Source of the DNA: an uncultured Acidobacteriota bacterium
GTDB taxonomy: Bacteria; Acidobacteriota; HRBIN11
Length of the DNA stretch: 46,189 nt
Assembly (NCBI GenBank): GCA_964541595.1
Contig: CAZIRO010000001.1
Span: 1 to 46,189 of the forward strand
Direction: 5' to 3'
Positions 31,994-42,734 of the stretch are shown piece after piece (position 1 is the stretch's first letter; every line of letters starts with the position of its first letter). Made by a program: the position numbers and the translations under genes. The notes under the pieces were generated by a model. It ran no database searches and was not told where the DNA came from. It worked only from the letters and a program-made list of their open reading frames with translations.

Positions 31994-34063
31994 TCATACT
32001 CCCGGCAGTGCGATACGCATGAGTTCAACGAACACGTCTCGACCGACGAAGAGGTATACCAGTCCCATATGCACAAAAAAGAGAGCAACCAGTGTCCACG
32101 CCAGCGTGCGATGAACGACTCGCCAGCGGCCCATCAGGTTCTGTACCGCCTTGATGATGGCGATCCAGTACGCGCGTTTGGCCATCTGACGGGTCAGTTG
32201 CTGGACCATATGCACGCGTTGCGCGTCTTCCGGCCGGTAGTTCGTCCGCAGGAATTCACGGACCGTATACAGCACGATCGCATATTTCAGATCGACCAAC
32301 ACCAACCGTGGCAGGACCCGCAACCCCTGTTTACCTTTGATCACACCGGTGTACTGGCGCGAGTCGATGATCGCGAGGATACCGTCCAGCGGGGCCTGCA
32401 ATTCGCGCAACCGACGTGCGATCGCATCGAACTCACTGTTCAATTCCCGCAGGCTTTTAATATGGCTTCCCATACTTTTTGGAATATGCGCATAAATATA
32501 CCTTCCGATCAATCCGGTGGCCACGACGACCAGGAGTCCGTAATAGGCCACCGCCAGGATGCGACTGACGTGAAACGCTGAATGGAACGTCAGTACCAGC
32601 CAGGCCGTGATGCCGGTCATCATGTGGAAGTCCAGCCAGCGATCCAGTGGTCCGGAACGGAAAATGCGTTTCTGTTTGCGCAGCAGGTATGAGAAATTGA
32701 AAAAGATCATGATCGCGCCGATCAACCCGAGGGTATGGCCGATCGTGCCACGCGACCGCAGGATGTCGTCGTACGGATGCGTGGGACGGTCGTGGAACGG
32801 CAGGGAGTAATAGTCATACCCGATCGCCATCAACCAGCCGACGCCGATAATGAGACAGAGTCCCCACAGGAAGATCAACGCCGACCACCAGTGTGTCTTC
32901 CAGTACCGGAGCGAAAAGACTTCCGGTCGCAACCAATCCGGTACGCGCACAACCCGTTCAGCCATGGCATCCTCCGATTGCCGGGATGATTCCACCGATG
33001 CGGTCGATGGCTCCACCGTTGAGGGGGCCGCGGGAGGCGCTGTCGGGGTCGCCACATCCAGTGATACGGACCCGGTGTGCACATCGTCCGACGCAGTGGT
33101 CTCCTGCAGGATCGGAGGAGTCTGGATCGTTTTCTGACGTGCCACTTCATTCAACGGTCGTTCGCCGATCCCGTGCAACAGCATCTGTTCACGCAGTTCG
33201 GGATGCTGCTGCCGAAACCGTGCGGCGACGACCTCGAGATCGCGTAATACCGCACGGGCACTGCCGTACCGCGTCTCCGGATCCTTGGCCAGTGCACGCA
33301 TCACGATCCGTTCAAGGTCCTCCACAAACGGCAGATCCGGCGCAACCGTCGATAGCCGCGGCGGATCTTCATGCACGATCTTGTACGCCACCGCCGTCGG
33401 GTGTTCGCCCTCAAACGGCCGGTGATACGTCATGAGTTCAAAGAGCACCACACCGAGCGCAAAAATGTCCGTACGGTGGTCGATGCGTTCTTTTTCGTCC
33501 CGAACCTGTTCTGGACTCATGTAATGCGGGGTCCCCATGAGCACCTGTGTCTGTGTGAACCGCTCACTGACGAGTTTGGCTACACCGAAATCCATGACTT
33601 TGACCCGACCATCCGGAAGGATCCGGATGTTCGAGGGTTTGATATCACGGTGAATGACTCCATGCGCATGGGCATACGCCAGCGCATCGCACACCTGCAT
33701 GAGGATGTGCATTTTCTGTAAAAACGGTATCGACACCCGCTGCTCGATCAGTTCCGAAAGGTTGTGTCCCGGTAGATACTCCATTGCGATAAACGGCTGG
33801 CCCTCATGTTCCCCCACGTCATAAATGGCCACAATATTCGGATGGTGTAACCGGCCGGCGGCACGTGCTTCGCGAATAAACCGGGCACGAATTTTGTCAT
33901 CAAACGCAAGTTCCGGACGGATGATCTTGATGGCGATCGTGCGGTCGATCGCCGGATCGTACGCAGCCAGGACGATTCCCATCCCCCCATAGCCGATGAC
34001 CGTTTCTACACGATACCGCCCGATCCGTGTGGGAATGGCCGTTTGCGACCGGGAATCGGTCAT
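31994..34063 (-). CDS. Hanks-type Ser/Thr kinase fused to a C-terminal polytopic membrane module with two H-x13-H helices
   Basis: Kinase motifs are GYGGMGIV, IAIKII, HRDIKPSNI, DFGVAK and GTPHYMSPE. After a Pro/Ala/Ser linker come ~5 TM helices. His480/His494 sit in DFHMMTGITAWLVLTFH and His651/His665 in VVHRTLAWTLVALFFVH. The stop lies 3 nt before the 33-haem gene start. Confidence 0.9.
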   Translation of the reverse strand: MTDSRSQTAIPTRIGRYRVETVIGYGGMGIVLAAYDPAIDRTIAIKIIRPELAFDDKIRARFIREARAAGRLHHPNIVAIYDVGEHEGQPFIAMEYLPGHNLSELIEQRVSIPFLQKMHILMQVCDALAYAHAHGVIHRDIKPSNIRILPDGRVKVMDFGVAKLVSERFTQTQVLMGTPHYMSPEQVRDEKERIDHRTDIFALGVVLFELMTYHRPFEGEHPTAVAYKIVHEDPPRLSTVAPDLPFVEDLERIVMRALAKDPETRYGSARAVLRDLEVVAARFRQQHPELREQMLLHGIGERPLNEVARQKTIQTPPILQETTASDDVHTGSVSLDVATPTAPPAAPSTVEPSTASVESSRQSEDAMAERVVRVPDWLRPEVFSLRYWKTHWWSALIFLWGLCLIIGVGWLMAIGYDYYSLPFHDRPTHPYDDILRSRGTIGHTLGLIGAIMIFFNFSYLLRKQKRIFRSGPLDRWLDFHMMTGITAWLVLTFHSAFHVSRILAVAYYGLLVVVATGLIGRYIYAHIPKSMGSHIKSLRELNSEFDAIARRLRELQAPLDGILAIIDSRQYTGVIKGKQGLRVLPRLVLVDLKYAIVLYTVREFLRTNYRPEDAQRVHMVQQLTRQMAKRAYWIAIIKAVQNLMGRWRVVHRTLAWTLVALFFVHMGLVYLFVGRDVFVELMRIALPGV

Positions 34064-34231
34064 GGATACGTTTCCCCCTTCACGTGTGCAGCATGGCCCA
34101 TGCGCAGAGGCCGCGCGGGAACGGTGGTACCGCCCGTCCCCACGCGGCCGGGTCTGTGACCGTGCGCGTCCCGGACACGCCCGCCATGGGTATCCTATCG
34201 AACGGGGGTCCAGGCACGCAACGGGACGGGA

Positions 34232-35149
34232 TCAGAAACGGTGGATGGTGTCCAGGAGATACCGATGATACCAGTCTCGTGCCGGTGGAAATCCCGTGCG
34301 TCCGGATGCCCGGGTGGTCAACGATTCGTCTTCCGCGTCGTCATCGTCGTCACCACCACCCTTGCACTCCTTCCCGGACCACTTGTCGCCGTGACACCTG
34401 TAACAGGACGGTTCCCCGTTCGGTCCGCCCCGCAAGTCCGCACCATGACACGGGGCACAGTCACGCTGGGGTTTACACCAGTCCTGCGCATGCGCCACAT
34501 TGTCTTCAATCTTGTTATGCTGCGTCTTCCCGCAGTTCATCCACTTCCGTTGATCGTGACACTGCAAACAGGACGGTTCCCCGTTCACACCGCCGCGCAG
34601 GTCGTCCCCATGACAACGGCCGCAGTTCTCATACGGCGAGCAGTACCCGGAAGCATGCATCGCGCCACCGAGATTCACATCGTGGGATGCATTCTGTCCG
34701 CAGGTGTTCCACAGGGCGCCGTGACACTGGAAACAGGACGGTTCCCCGTTCGCGCCACCTTTCAGATCCGCGCCGTGACAGGATGCACAGTTTTGCTGCG
34801 GGGAACAGTATCCGGCTGCATGCATCACGCCGTTGATGTTGACATCGTGGACCGCATTCTGTCCGCAGGTGTTCCATAGAGCGCCGTGACACTGCAAACA
34901 GGACGGTTCCCCGTTCGCGCCACCTTTCAGATCCGTACCATGGCAGGCCGCACAGTTCGCCTGGGGTTGACAGTACCCCTGCGCGTGATTAAACCCGCCG
35001 ATAACCACATCGTGCGGTGTCGGTTGTGCGCGGCCGGTCCCACCGGTACCGGCCTGCATCGGGTTGTCGACCTGAAAACACCCGACAAGCGTGATCAACC
35101 CGAACCCGCAACACATCCCCACAACGATCCACCGCAACATGCGTACCAT
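34232..35149 (-). CDS. Octahaem c-type cytochrome lipoprotein (4 x 54-aa dihaem tandem repeats)
   Basis: Lipobox LITLVG-C. There are 8 CxxCH motifs. The repeat unit is H.....G..HA.GYC.P..NC..CHG.DL.GG.NGEPSC.QCHG. SD GGAGAGGG lies upstream of the ATG at 35149. Confidence 0.88.
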   Translation of the reverse strand: MVRMLRWIVVGMCCGFGLITLVGCFQVDNPMQAGTGGTGRAQPTPHDVVIGGFNHAQGYCQPQANCAACHGTDLKGGANGEPSCLQCHGALWNTCGQNAVHDVNINGVMHAAGYCSPQQNCASCHGADLKGGANGEPSCFQCHGALWNTCGQNASHDVNLGGAMHASGYCSPYENCGRCHGDDLRGGVNGEPSCLQCHDQRKWMNCGKTQHNKIEDNVAHAQDWCKPQRDCAPCHGADLRGGPNGEPSCYRCHGDKWSGKECKGGGDDDDDAEDESLTTRASGRTGFPPARDWYHRYLLDTIHRF

Positions 35150-35411
35150 CTGTCATCCCTCTCCTGCCGATGAATGGCATCCACGTGTTCCGAACTGTGT
35201 GATAATCATACATATGTAAAATCTTCATACACACTGGCACAGGGGGTTACCGGTTTGTGCGTCGCGCATTCTGTCGCGTTGCCGCACGCACGGGGTGCCC
35301 CTCTCATGAATGGTCGGCCAGGCATGAATGCAACTCCTGTGCCAGAGAGAGCCCGGATACGATGTATGCGCTGTGGTTGGGTATATGGCCGTGCCGATGT
35401 GAACGCACCCA

Positions 35412-35996
35412 TCATTCAGGCATCCATTCCCCGATACGTACCACACGGATCGTCCCATCGGGCAGACGCACGGTCGCCATCTGCGGATACAGGGCGATAC
35501 ACACCGTTCCCGGAGACACCGCTTCACCGACCGACCGCCAGACCGTCTGCGCACCGTTCGTCCACACACTGACGAGGACACCGCCGCTATCGACGATCCC
35601 GATCAATCGCCATCTCCCGTGCGGTGTCCTCCGCTGTTCCCGTGCGGGGGATACAGACGGTGTCGTACGGTCGGATCCACGTTTCCGGGGGGAGGACGCG
35701 TGCATGCGCACGGACGGAGACTGCTGCGCGGGCGCATTTTGCATGCCGAACCGGAACAGATCCCGGGCAACGGTCTCATTCGGATTGTTGTCCGGTTGAT
35801 CGTCGTGTCGTGTAGTGACCGGCATCCGGATACCGCAATTCGCCCGATCGGGCATCGGGACATCCGCACCGATCGTGCGGGGAGGATACATCTGTCCGGA
35901 CGGTACCGGCAACCGTGTTCCCAGGAACAGAAACACCCCGACGTAGATCCCGATCAGCACTCCGGCAACGGCCAGTGAAGGCCGCGCACGCATCAT
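35412..35996 (-). CDS. Membrane-anchored protein with PilP/GspC-like C-terminal beta domain (194 aa)
   Basis: TM helix LAVAGVLIGIYVGVFLFLG. The C-terminus RWRLIGIVDSGGVLVSVWTNGAQTVWRSVGEAVSPGTVCIALYPQMATVRL resembles PilP/GspC HR domains. ATGA overlap (35993-35996) with the upstream gene. Confidence 0.45.
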   Translation of the reverse strand: MMRARPSLAVAGVLIGIYVGVFLFLGTRLPVPSGQMYPPRTIGADVPMPDRANCGIRMPVTTRHDDQPDNNPNETVARDLFRFGMQNAPAQQSPSVRMHASSPRKRGSDRTTPSVSPAREQRRTPHGRWRLIGIVDSGGVLVSVWTNGAQTVWRSVGEAVSPGTVCIALYPQMATVRLPDGTIRVVRIGEWMPE

Positions 35997-37057
35997 ACGT
36001 CGCCGCCTTGGATACCCTGGATCTGTTCGAGCCATCGGCGCACCACATTGCGATACATGCGGAGTCGGTGCACCACCCGGTTCAGATCTTCCGGTGATCC
36101 GATCCGGGCAGTCAATTCCAGTTGTTGTCCCTCCCACATCCGCGGCGGTCGGAGTATGATCCCCGCATCCGCCAGCGGCCGCATATCACGGGCAAACGCC
36201 GCATCCAGTGCGGCCAGTTCCGGGTACCGTGCCGCATACGCGGCCCTTTGCAGGGTCGTCCGATCCCATCTCTTCATCTGAGCCGTCCATCCCATTCTAT
36301 CAAAGAGCGCATCCAGATGGGTAATTCCTTCTCGATGCATACAATCCGACCAGTACTCCCAGACGGTCTGCCATTCACTGTGACTCAATCGCAATCGTTG
36401 CACCACCTCGGTCCACAGTTGCCGGCGAAACGATTCCGTACGGCAGTGGGCGAGCACGACACCGACAACCGGCGACAGGCGGTGGTGATGGATCCGTTCC
36501 AGCCATTCCGGATCCAGCCGTGCACAGACGACAGTCGTCCGAAATACGGACGAACGGGGATGTAATGTCCAGATCTGAAGGAACCATTGTGCAACTTCCG
36601 GCATCCGTTGCAGAAACGCTGCGCCGGGGCATCCCGGCAGTCCCTGACCTGCGCGCTGAACGATGCGTGCGAGCTCAATCGGCGAAAACGTTCGATGGAT
36701 GTTTTCCGCACGGTATATCCACAGCGCGAACATCCAGTCGATGGTCCCACCTTCCGGCGGACGACCGTGCGCCGGATACATCATCGATGTGTATGCCTGC
36801 ACGGCGGACGCGGTCCATACGAATGCGGGAATTGCGGACATGCGCTGTTGACGTGCATACCACCAGCGACGAAACCCGTGGACCAGCCCGTACCGTTTCG
36901 GACGCAGGTACAATACGGCGATCGGCCAACCGGTCGGTAACGAATGGGATACAGGGGCAAAATCCACGACCGGACTGACAAATCCCGACGGGTCTTCCAG
37001 CACGATCTGCGATACGGGGATGCGTCGCAGCGTGATTCGAACCGAACGTGTCGTCAT
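35993..37057 (-). CDS. Hypothetical protein with ParB/Srx-like N-terminal domain (354 aa)
   Basis: IPVSQIVLED...PIAVLYLRPKRYGLVHGFRRWWYARQQRMSAIPAFVW resembles the ParB N-terminal fold (G.RR..A motif). The start is placed at ATG 37055-37057, 10 nt after the ThiD-like stop. Confidence 0.4.
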   Translation of the reverse strand: MTTRSVRITLRRIPVSQIVLEDPSGFVSPVVDFAPVSHSLPTGWPIAVLYLRPKRYGLVHGFRRWWYARQQRMSAIPAFVWTASAVQAYTSMMYPAHGRPPEGGTIDWMFALWIYRAENIHRTFSPIELARIVQRAGQGLPGCPGAAFLQRMPEVAQWFLQIWTLHPRSSVFRTTVVCARLDPEWLERIHHHRLSPVVGVVLAHCRTESFRRQLWTEVVQRLRLSHSEWQTVWEYWSDCMHREGITHLDALFDRMGWTAQMKRWDRTTLQRAAYAARYPELAALDAAFARDMRPLADAGIILRPPRMWEGQQLELTARIGSPEDLNRVVHRLRMYRNVVRRWLEQIQGIQGGDV

Positions 37058-37067
37058 TCCGGACGAT

Positions 37068-37874
37068 TCACACACGGGGGATATACAGATTGAGCGGGTG
37101 GTACTCTCCCCGACCGATCTCAAACGCATGCTGCATGGCGCGACCGATAAACCGTTTGGCCGTTTCCACCGCCTGTTCAATGGAAATCCCCTGTGCGCTG
37201 AGGATCGCGATCAGTGTGGCAAACACCGTACCCACACCGAGTCGATTCGGTCGGGGGACCCACGGGTGTTCGGCCACCCGATGCCGTCGACCATCGAAAA
37301 TCACGTCGCTTGCACGGATCAGTGCCCGCAGTCGACCGCCGGTGACGATGACCGTGGGGAATCCGTACTGCTCGTGAATGCGTTCCGCAGCGGAGCGCAT
37401 ATCCGCCAGGGAGGCAACCTCGTCCATTTCTGCGAGGATGGCCGCCTCTTCGACGTTCGGTGTGATGATATTTGCGGCATCCCGGAAGACCGCGACCCAT
37501 TCACGGTACACGCTCACGTCGGGGAACACCGGATATCCGCGTGTGGTCCGATAGACCGGATCCAGCACGATGGGAATCCGCAAATCGCGTACGGTATCCG
37601 CGATCAGGCGCGCCGTGGACAGGTCCGGGACAATCCCGATTTTGACGGACGTCAGATCAAAATCCTGCCGCAGGGCCTCCAGTTGGGCACCGACGTGTTC
37701 AATCGGTACGTGATAAATTCCCTCAATGGTCTGTGTGTTTTGTGCGATCACGGCCGACACGACGGCGACCCCGAACACGCGATACACCTGCATGGTGCGG
37801 ATATCCACCAGGATGCCCTCGCATCCCGACGGGTCAAAGGCATCCACGATCAAACCGATGCGTTGCACCTGCAC
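37068..37874 (-). CDS. ThiD-like (hydroxymethylpyrimidine/phosphomethylpyrimidine kinase family) ribokinase-fold protein, divergent
   Basis: VKIGIVP, IVLDPV, ITPNVEEAAIL and VIVTGG...GVGTVFATLIAILSAQG match the ThiD/PdxK layout. The N-terminal glycine-rich motif is diverged (DPSGCEGILVDIRT). GTG start. Confidence 0.65.
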   Translation of the reverse strand: MQVQRIGLIVDAFDPSGCEGILVDIRTMQVYRVFGVAVVSAVIAQNTQTIEGIYHVPIEHVGAQLEALRQDFDLTSVKIGIVPDLSTARLIADTVRDLRIPIVLDPVYRTTRGYPVFPDVSVYREWVAVFRDAANIITPNVEEAAILAEMDEVASLADMRSAAERIHEQYGFPTVIVTGGRLRALIRASDVIFDGRRHRVAEHPWVPRPNRLGVGTVFATLIAILSAQGISIEQAVETAKRFIGRAMQHAFEIGRGEYHPLNLYIPRV

Positions 37875-37960
37875 CTCCCGATGTGCATGCTACGCCCACC
37901 CGGACCGTGACCTCCATCGTAGCACGGTCGGTGTCATTCTGCACACCCGGCTATGAGATC

Positions 37961-39616
37961 TTACGGGACACGTACCTGTCGACCGGGTTTCCATGTGGGA
38001 CGTTCTCCGGATTCAGCCACGCGCCATGCCGTGCGAAACATGAACTCCACCGTCTGTGCCATACCGGTCAATTCCCATGAGGGATCGTATGCATCGCCCG
38101 GCTGATGGTACCGTTTGGCGATGTATTCATCCTGCAGCCGTTTTCCCCAATCCGGGGGCTTACCGATAAACCGGATACCCGATTCAATGAACACGGCCGG
38201 TACGCCCTTCCGGGCGAAACTGAAATGGTCCGAACGGAAATAGTACCCCTTTTCCGGAAACGGATCGGGTTCCAGGGTGACCCGCATCGCCCGGGCGACT
38301 TCCTGCAATACTTGTCGCAACGTGGTACGTTCCATTCCCCGCGGGACGAAATCCTCTGTCGGTCCCCAGACGTTGACACTGTCCAGGTTCAGATTCGCCA
38401 CGGTATCCCGCAGCGGCCACAGGGGACGATGGACGTAATACAGGGACCCCAGCAGTCCGGACTCTTCCGCCGTGACCGCAAGAAAGATGATGGAACGGGC
38501 CGGACGTATCCCGGCGCGCGCGAGCCCGGCGAACACTTCCGCGACACCCAGCATGGCGGCCACGCCGGAGGCGTTGTCATACGCGCCGTTATAAATGCGG
38601 TCCCCGTTCACGGCAGGACCCATACCGAGATGGTCATAATGGGCCGTAATGACAATGGCCTCCCGTTTGCGCTGTGGATCGCGCCCGTACAGAATACCGG
38701 CGACGTTCTGGGAACGGAATTTCCGAATCCGATTGTGCATCACGGCGCGGACGCGAATACCGAGGTCCACGGGGCGAAAATCGCGGCGCTGTGCCTGCCG
38801 CATGAGGTCATCGAGATCGTATCCGGCCGCACGCAAAATCCGACGGGCGACCCCGTCGCGGATCCATGCCTTCAGCGGCAGAGCGGGATCCACGCCGGTG
38901 GTATCCAGATGCACCTGCTCGCCAGTCCACGAACTGCGCACGACCTGCCAGGGGTATCCGGCCATTTCGGTCACGTGAATGAGAATGGCCCCACGTGCGC
39001 CTTTGCGATAGGCTTCTTCATACTTGTATGTCCATCGTCCGTAGTACGTCATCGCTTTACCTTCAAACAGATCCGGTTCCCGATCGGTCGCCGGCGGGTC
39101 GTTCACCAGCATGAGCAGGATTTTCCCACGGACGTCCACATCTTTATAATCATCCCACCGGTACTCGGGCGCCTCGATACCGTAGCCCACGAAGACGAGC
39201 GGCGCATCTTCAACAGCGACGTATCGTTCATAGACACCCGGCCAGGCCACGTAGTCCGCTTCCGGCGTGAGGGTCCATGTGTGGTCACCCGCACGCATTT
39301 GCAACTCCGACCGTTCCGTGGTGACCCCGATAAGCGGTACCGGCTGGTCATAACTCCCGTGCTGACCCAGCGGTGCAAGGCCGATCATGCGCATCCGTGT
39401 GGCAATGTACAGTGCCGCAAGTCGGCCCCCACGCGTCCCGGGCGCCCGCCCTTCCAGGAGGTCATGGGCGAGAAACTGCAGGTCGGCCCGCAACTGTTCG
39501 ATGCGAATATACTGACGAAACCCCTCCGGCCAGGGGGACGCTGCAAACGGCACGTGGACCACCATGACGGTCACTCCCAATGCGTACAGTAGCATCCAAC
39601 CCTGCTGTCGGCGCAT
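37961..39616 (-). CDS. M28-family aminopeptidase with PA domain, secreted
   Basis: Signal/anchor segment MRRQQGWMLLYALGVTVMVV. Motifs ITAHYDHLG, YDNASGVAAML and AVTAEESGLLGS. Confidence 0.9.
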   Translation of the reverse strand: MRRQQGWMLLYALGVTVMVVHVPFAASPWPEGFRQYIRIEQLRADLQFLAHDLLEGRAPGTRGGRLAALYIATRMRMIGLAPLGQHGSYDQPVPLIGVTTERSELQMRAGDHTWTLTPEADYVAWPGVYERYVAVEDAPLVFVGYGIEAPEYRWDDYKDVDVRGKILLMLVNDPPATDREPDLFEGKAMTYYGRWTYKYEEAYRKGARGAILIHVTEMAGYPWQVVRSSWTGEQVHLDTTGVDPALPLKAWIRDGVARRILRAAGYDLDDLMRQAQRRDFRPVDLGIRVRAVMHNRIRKFRSQNVAGILYGRDPQRKREAIVITAHYDHLGMGPAVNGDRIYNGAYDNASGVAAMLGVAEVFAGLARAGIRPARSIIFLAVTAEESGLLGSLYYVHRPLWPLRDTVANLNLDSVNVWGPTEDFVPRGMERTTLRQVLQEVARAMRVTLEPDPFPEKGYYFRSDHFSFARKGVPAVFIESGIRFIGKPPDWGKRLQDEYIAKRYHQPGDAYDPSWELTGMAQTVEFMFRTAWRVAESGERPTWKPGRQVRVP

Positions 39617-39645
39617 GCTCCCCTCCCGTTTTGAGCACCGTGGTC

Positions 39646-39669
39646 AACACCGCGCCGGGGCGCGGTGTT
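39646..39669 (-). terminator. GC-rich 11-bp hairpin downstream of hppA (no U-tract; terminator or RNA-stabilising element)
   Basis: AACACCGCGCC-GG-GGCGCGGTGTT is a perfect stem lying between the hppA stop and the M28 peptidase SD. Confidence 0.35.
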
Positions 39670-39713
39670 CAGACATGCCAGTAGTTGCGGTTCCGGCCGG
39701 GTACGACCGGATT

Positions 39714-41768
<2,055 letters not shown>

Positions 41769-41904
41769 CACCGGCCTCCACAGGCGAGAGATGCAAATGC
41801 GTGTGCGGTATGGATCCAGCGGTACACAGCGCGGTGATATTCACCCGTACGTCCCATATGGTACACGATCCCATTCGGGTTGTCACGTGCACAATCCACC
41901 GCGG

Positions 41905-41930
41905 TCGGGACAGGGAATGGGACAGGGAAC
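41905..41930. repeat. Solitary copy of the MITE terminus motif
   Basis: TCGGGACAGGGAATGGGACAGGGAAC matches the left terminus of copies A and C. No core or partner terminus is nearby. Confidence 0.5.
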
Positions 41931-42023
41931 ACATCGGATCCGCAGGCACACCCGGGTGCCGTCACCCGCGCCGTACCCGCGGGGAACGCCGTCGGCCAAA
42001 CACGTGGCGCGGCACTTGCGTGG

Positions 42024-42623
42024 TTACAGTAAATAGAAAAGCGTAAAAATGAAGACCCACACGAGGTCCACGAAGTGCCAGTACAGGCCCACGAGTTCGA
42101 TGCCCTCGGCCGTGGATTTCTGTTTCAGCGTGCGAATGAGCGCGATCGTGAGAATGATCACCCCGGAAAGCACGTGGGACCCGTGAAATCCGGTCAGCAC
42201 GAAAAACGATGCCGCAAACTGGGGCGGTCCCCAGGGATTCCACCACAACCGTGCACCCTCATGGATCAGGTGCGACCACTCATACGCCTGACAGCTGAGA
42301 AAGGCGAGTCCACCCAGAATGGTCAACCCGAGAAACAGCGCCGTCTTCTGCCGATCGCCCATACGCGCGGCCGCCACGGCCGATCCCATCGTGGCGCTGC
42401 TCGTAATCAGAATGAACGTCATCAGCGCGATAAACGGAATCGCAAAGACCTCGGATAGTTCCGGCCATGTGGGTGCGGCGATACGCAGGTAGCCATATCC
42501 GGCGAGCAGTCCCGCAAAGAGCAGACCATCCGTAATGATGAACACCCACATCATGACTTTTCGCCAACTCGGCGCCAGGGGGGACGGTTCATGCACATCC
42601 AGCGTGTGGGTTTCAGCCGCCAT
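42024..42623 (-). CDS. Cytochrome c oxidase subunit III-family protein (second copy, CoxP-like)
   Basis: FFVLTGFHGSHVLSG and LYWHFVDLVWVFIF. SD GGAGGGG upstream. Confidence 0.88.
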   Translation of the reverse strand: MAAETHTLDVHEPSPLAPSWRKVMMWVFIITDGLLFAGLLAGYGYLRIAAPTWPELSEVFAIPFIALMTFILITSSATMGSAVAAARMGDRQKTALFLGLTILGGLAFLSCQAYEWSHLIHEGARLWWNPWGPPQFAASFFVLTGFHGSHVLSGVIILTIALIRTLKQKSTAEGIELVGLYWHFVDLVWVFIFTLFYLL

Positions 42624-42734
42624 GGTACCCCTCCGTTCGACTAAGAGTCGATACAGCCGGACCTGGCCATGGGCCTGTACCGTTCGGACCCGACGTGATT
42701 CGGACCCCTCCTCCAGCAGACCATCCGCTCATTA

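Noticed and set aside
31061-32581. 506-aa + strand ORF, and the other long + ORFs across 29.1-35.2 kb (including 34027-34879 with repeated TGRFPVR peptides)
   Set aside because: They are antisense to the cytochrome and kinase genes. Their internal repeats simply mirror the CxxCH repeat units on the other strand.
38105-39592. 495-aa + strand ORF
   Set aside because: It is antisense to the M28 peptidase gene and is a shadow ORF.
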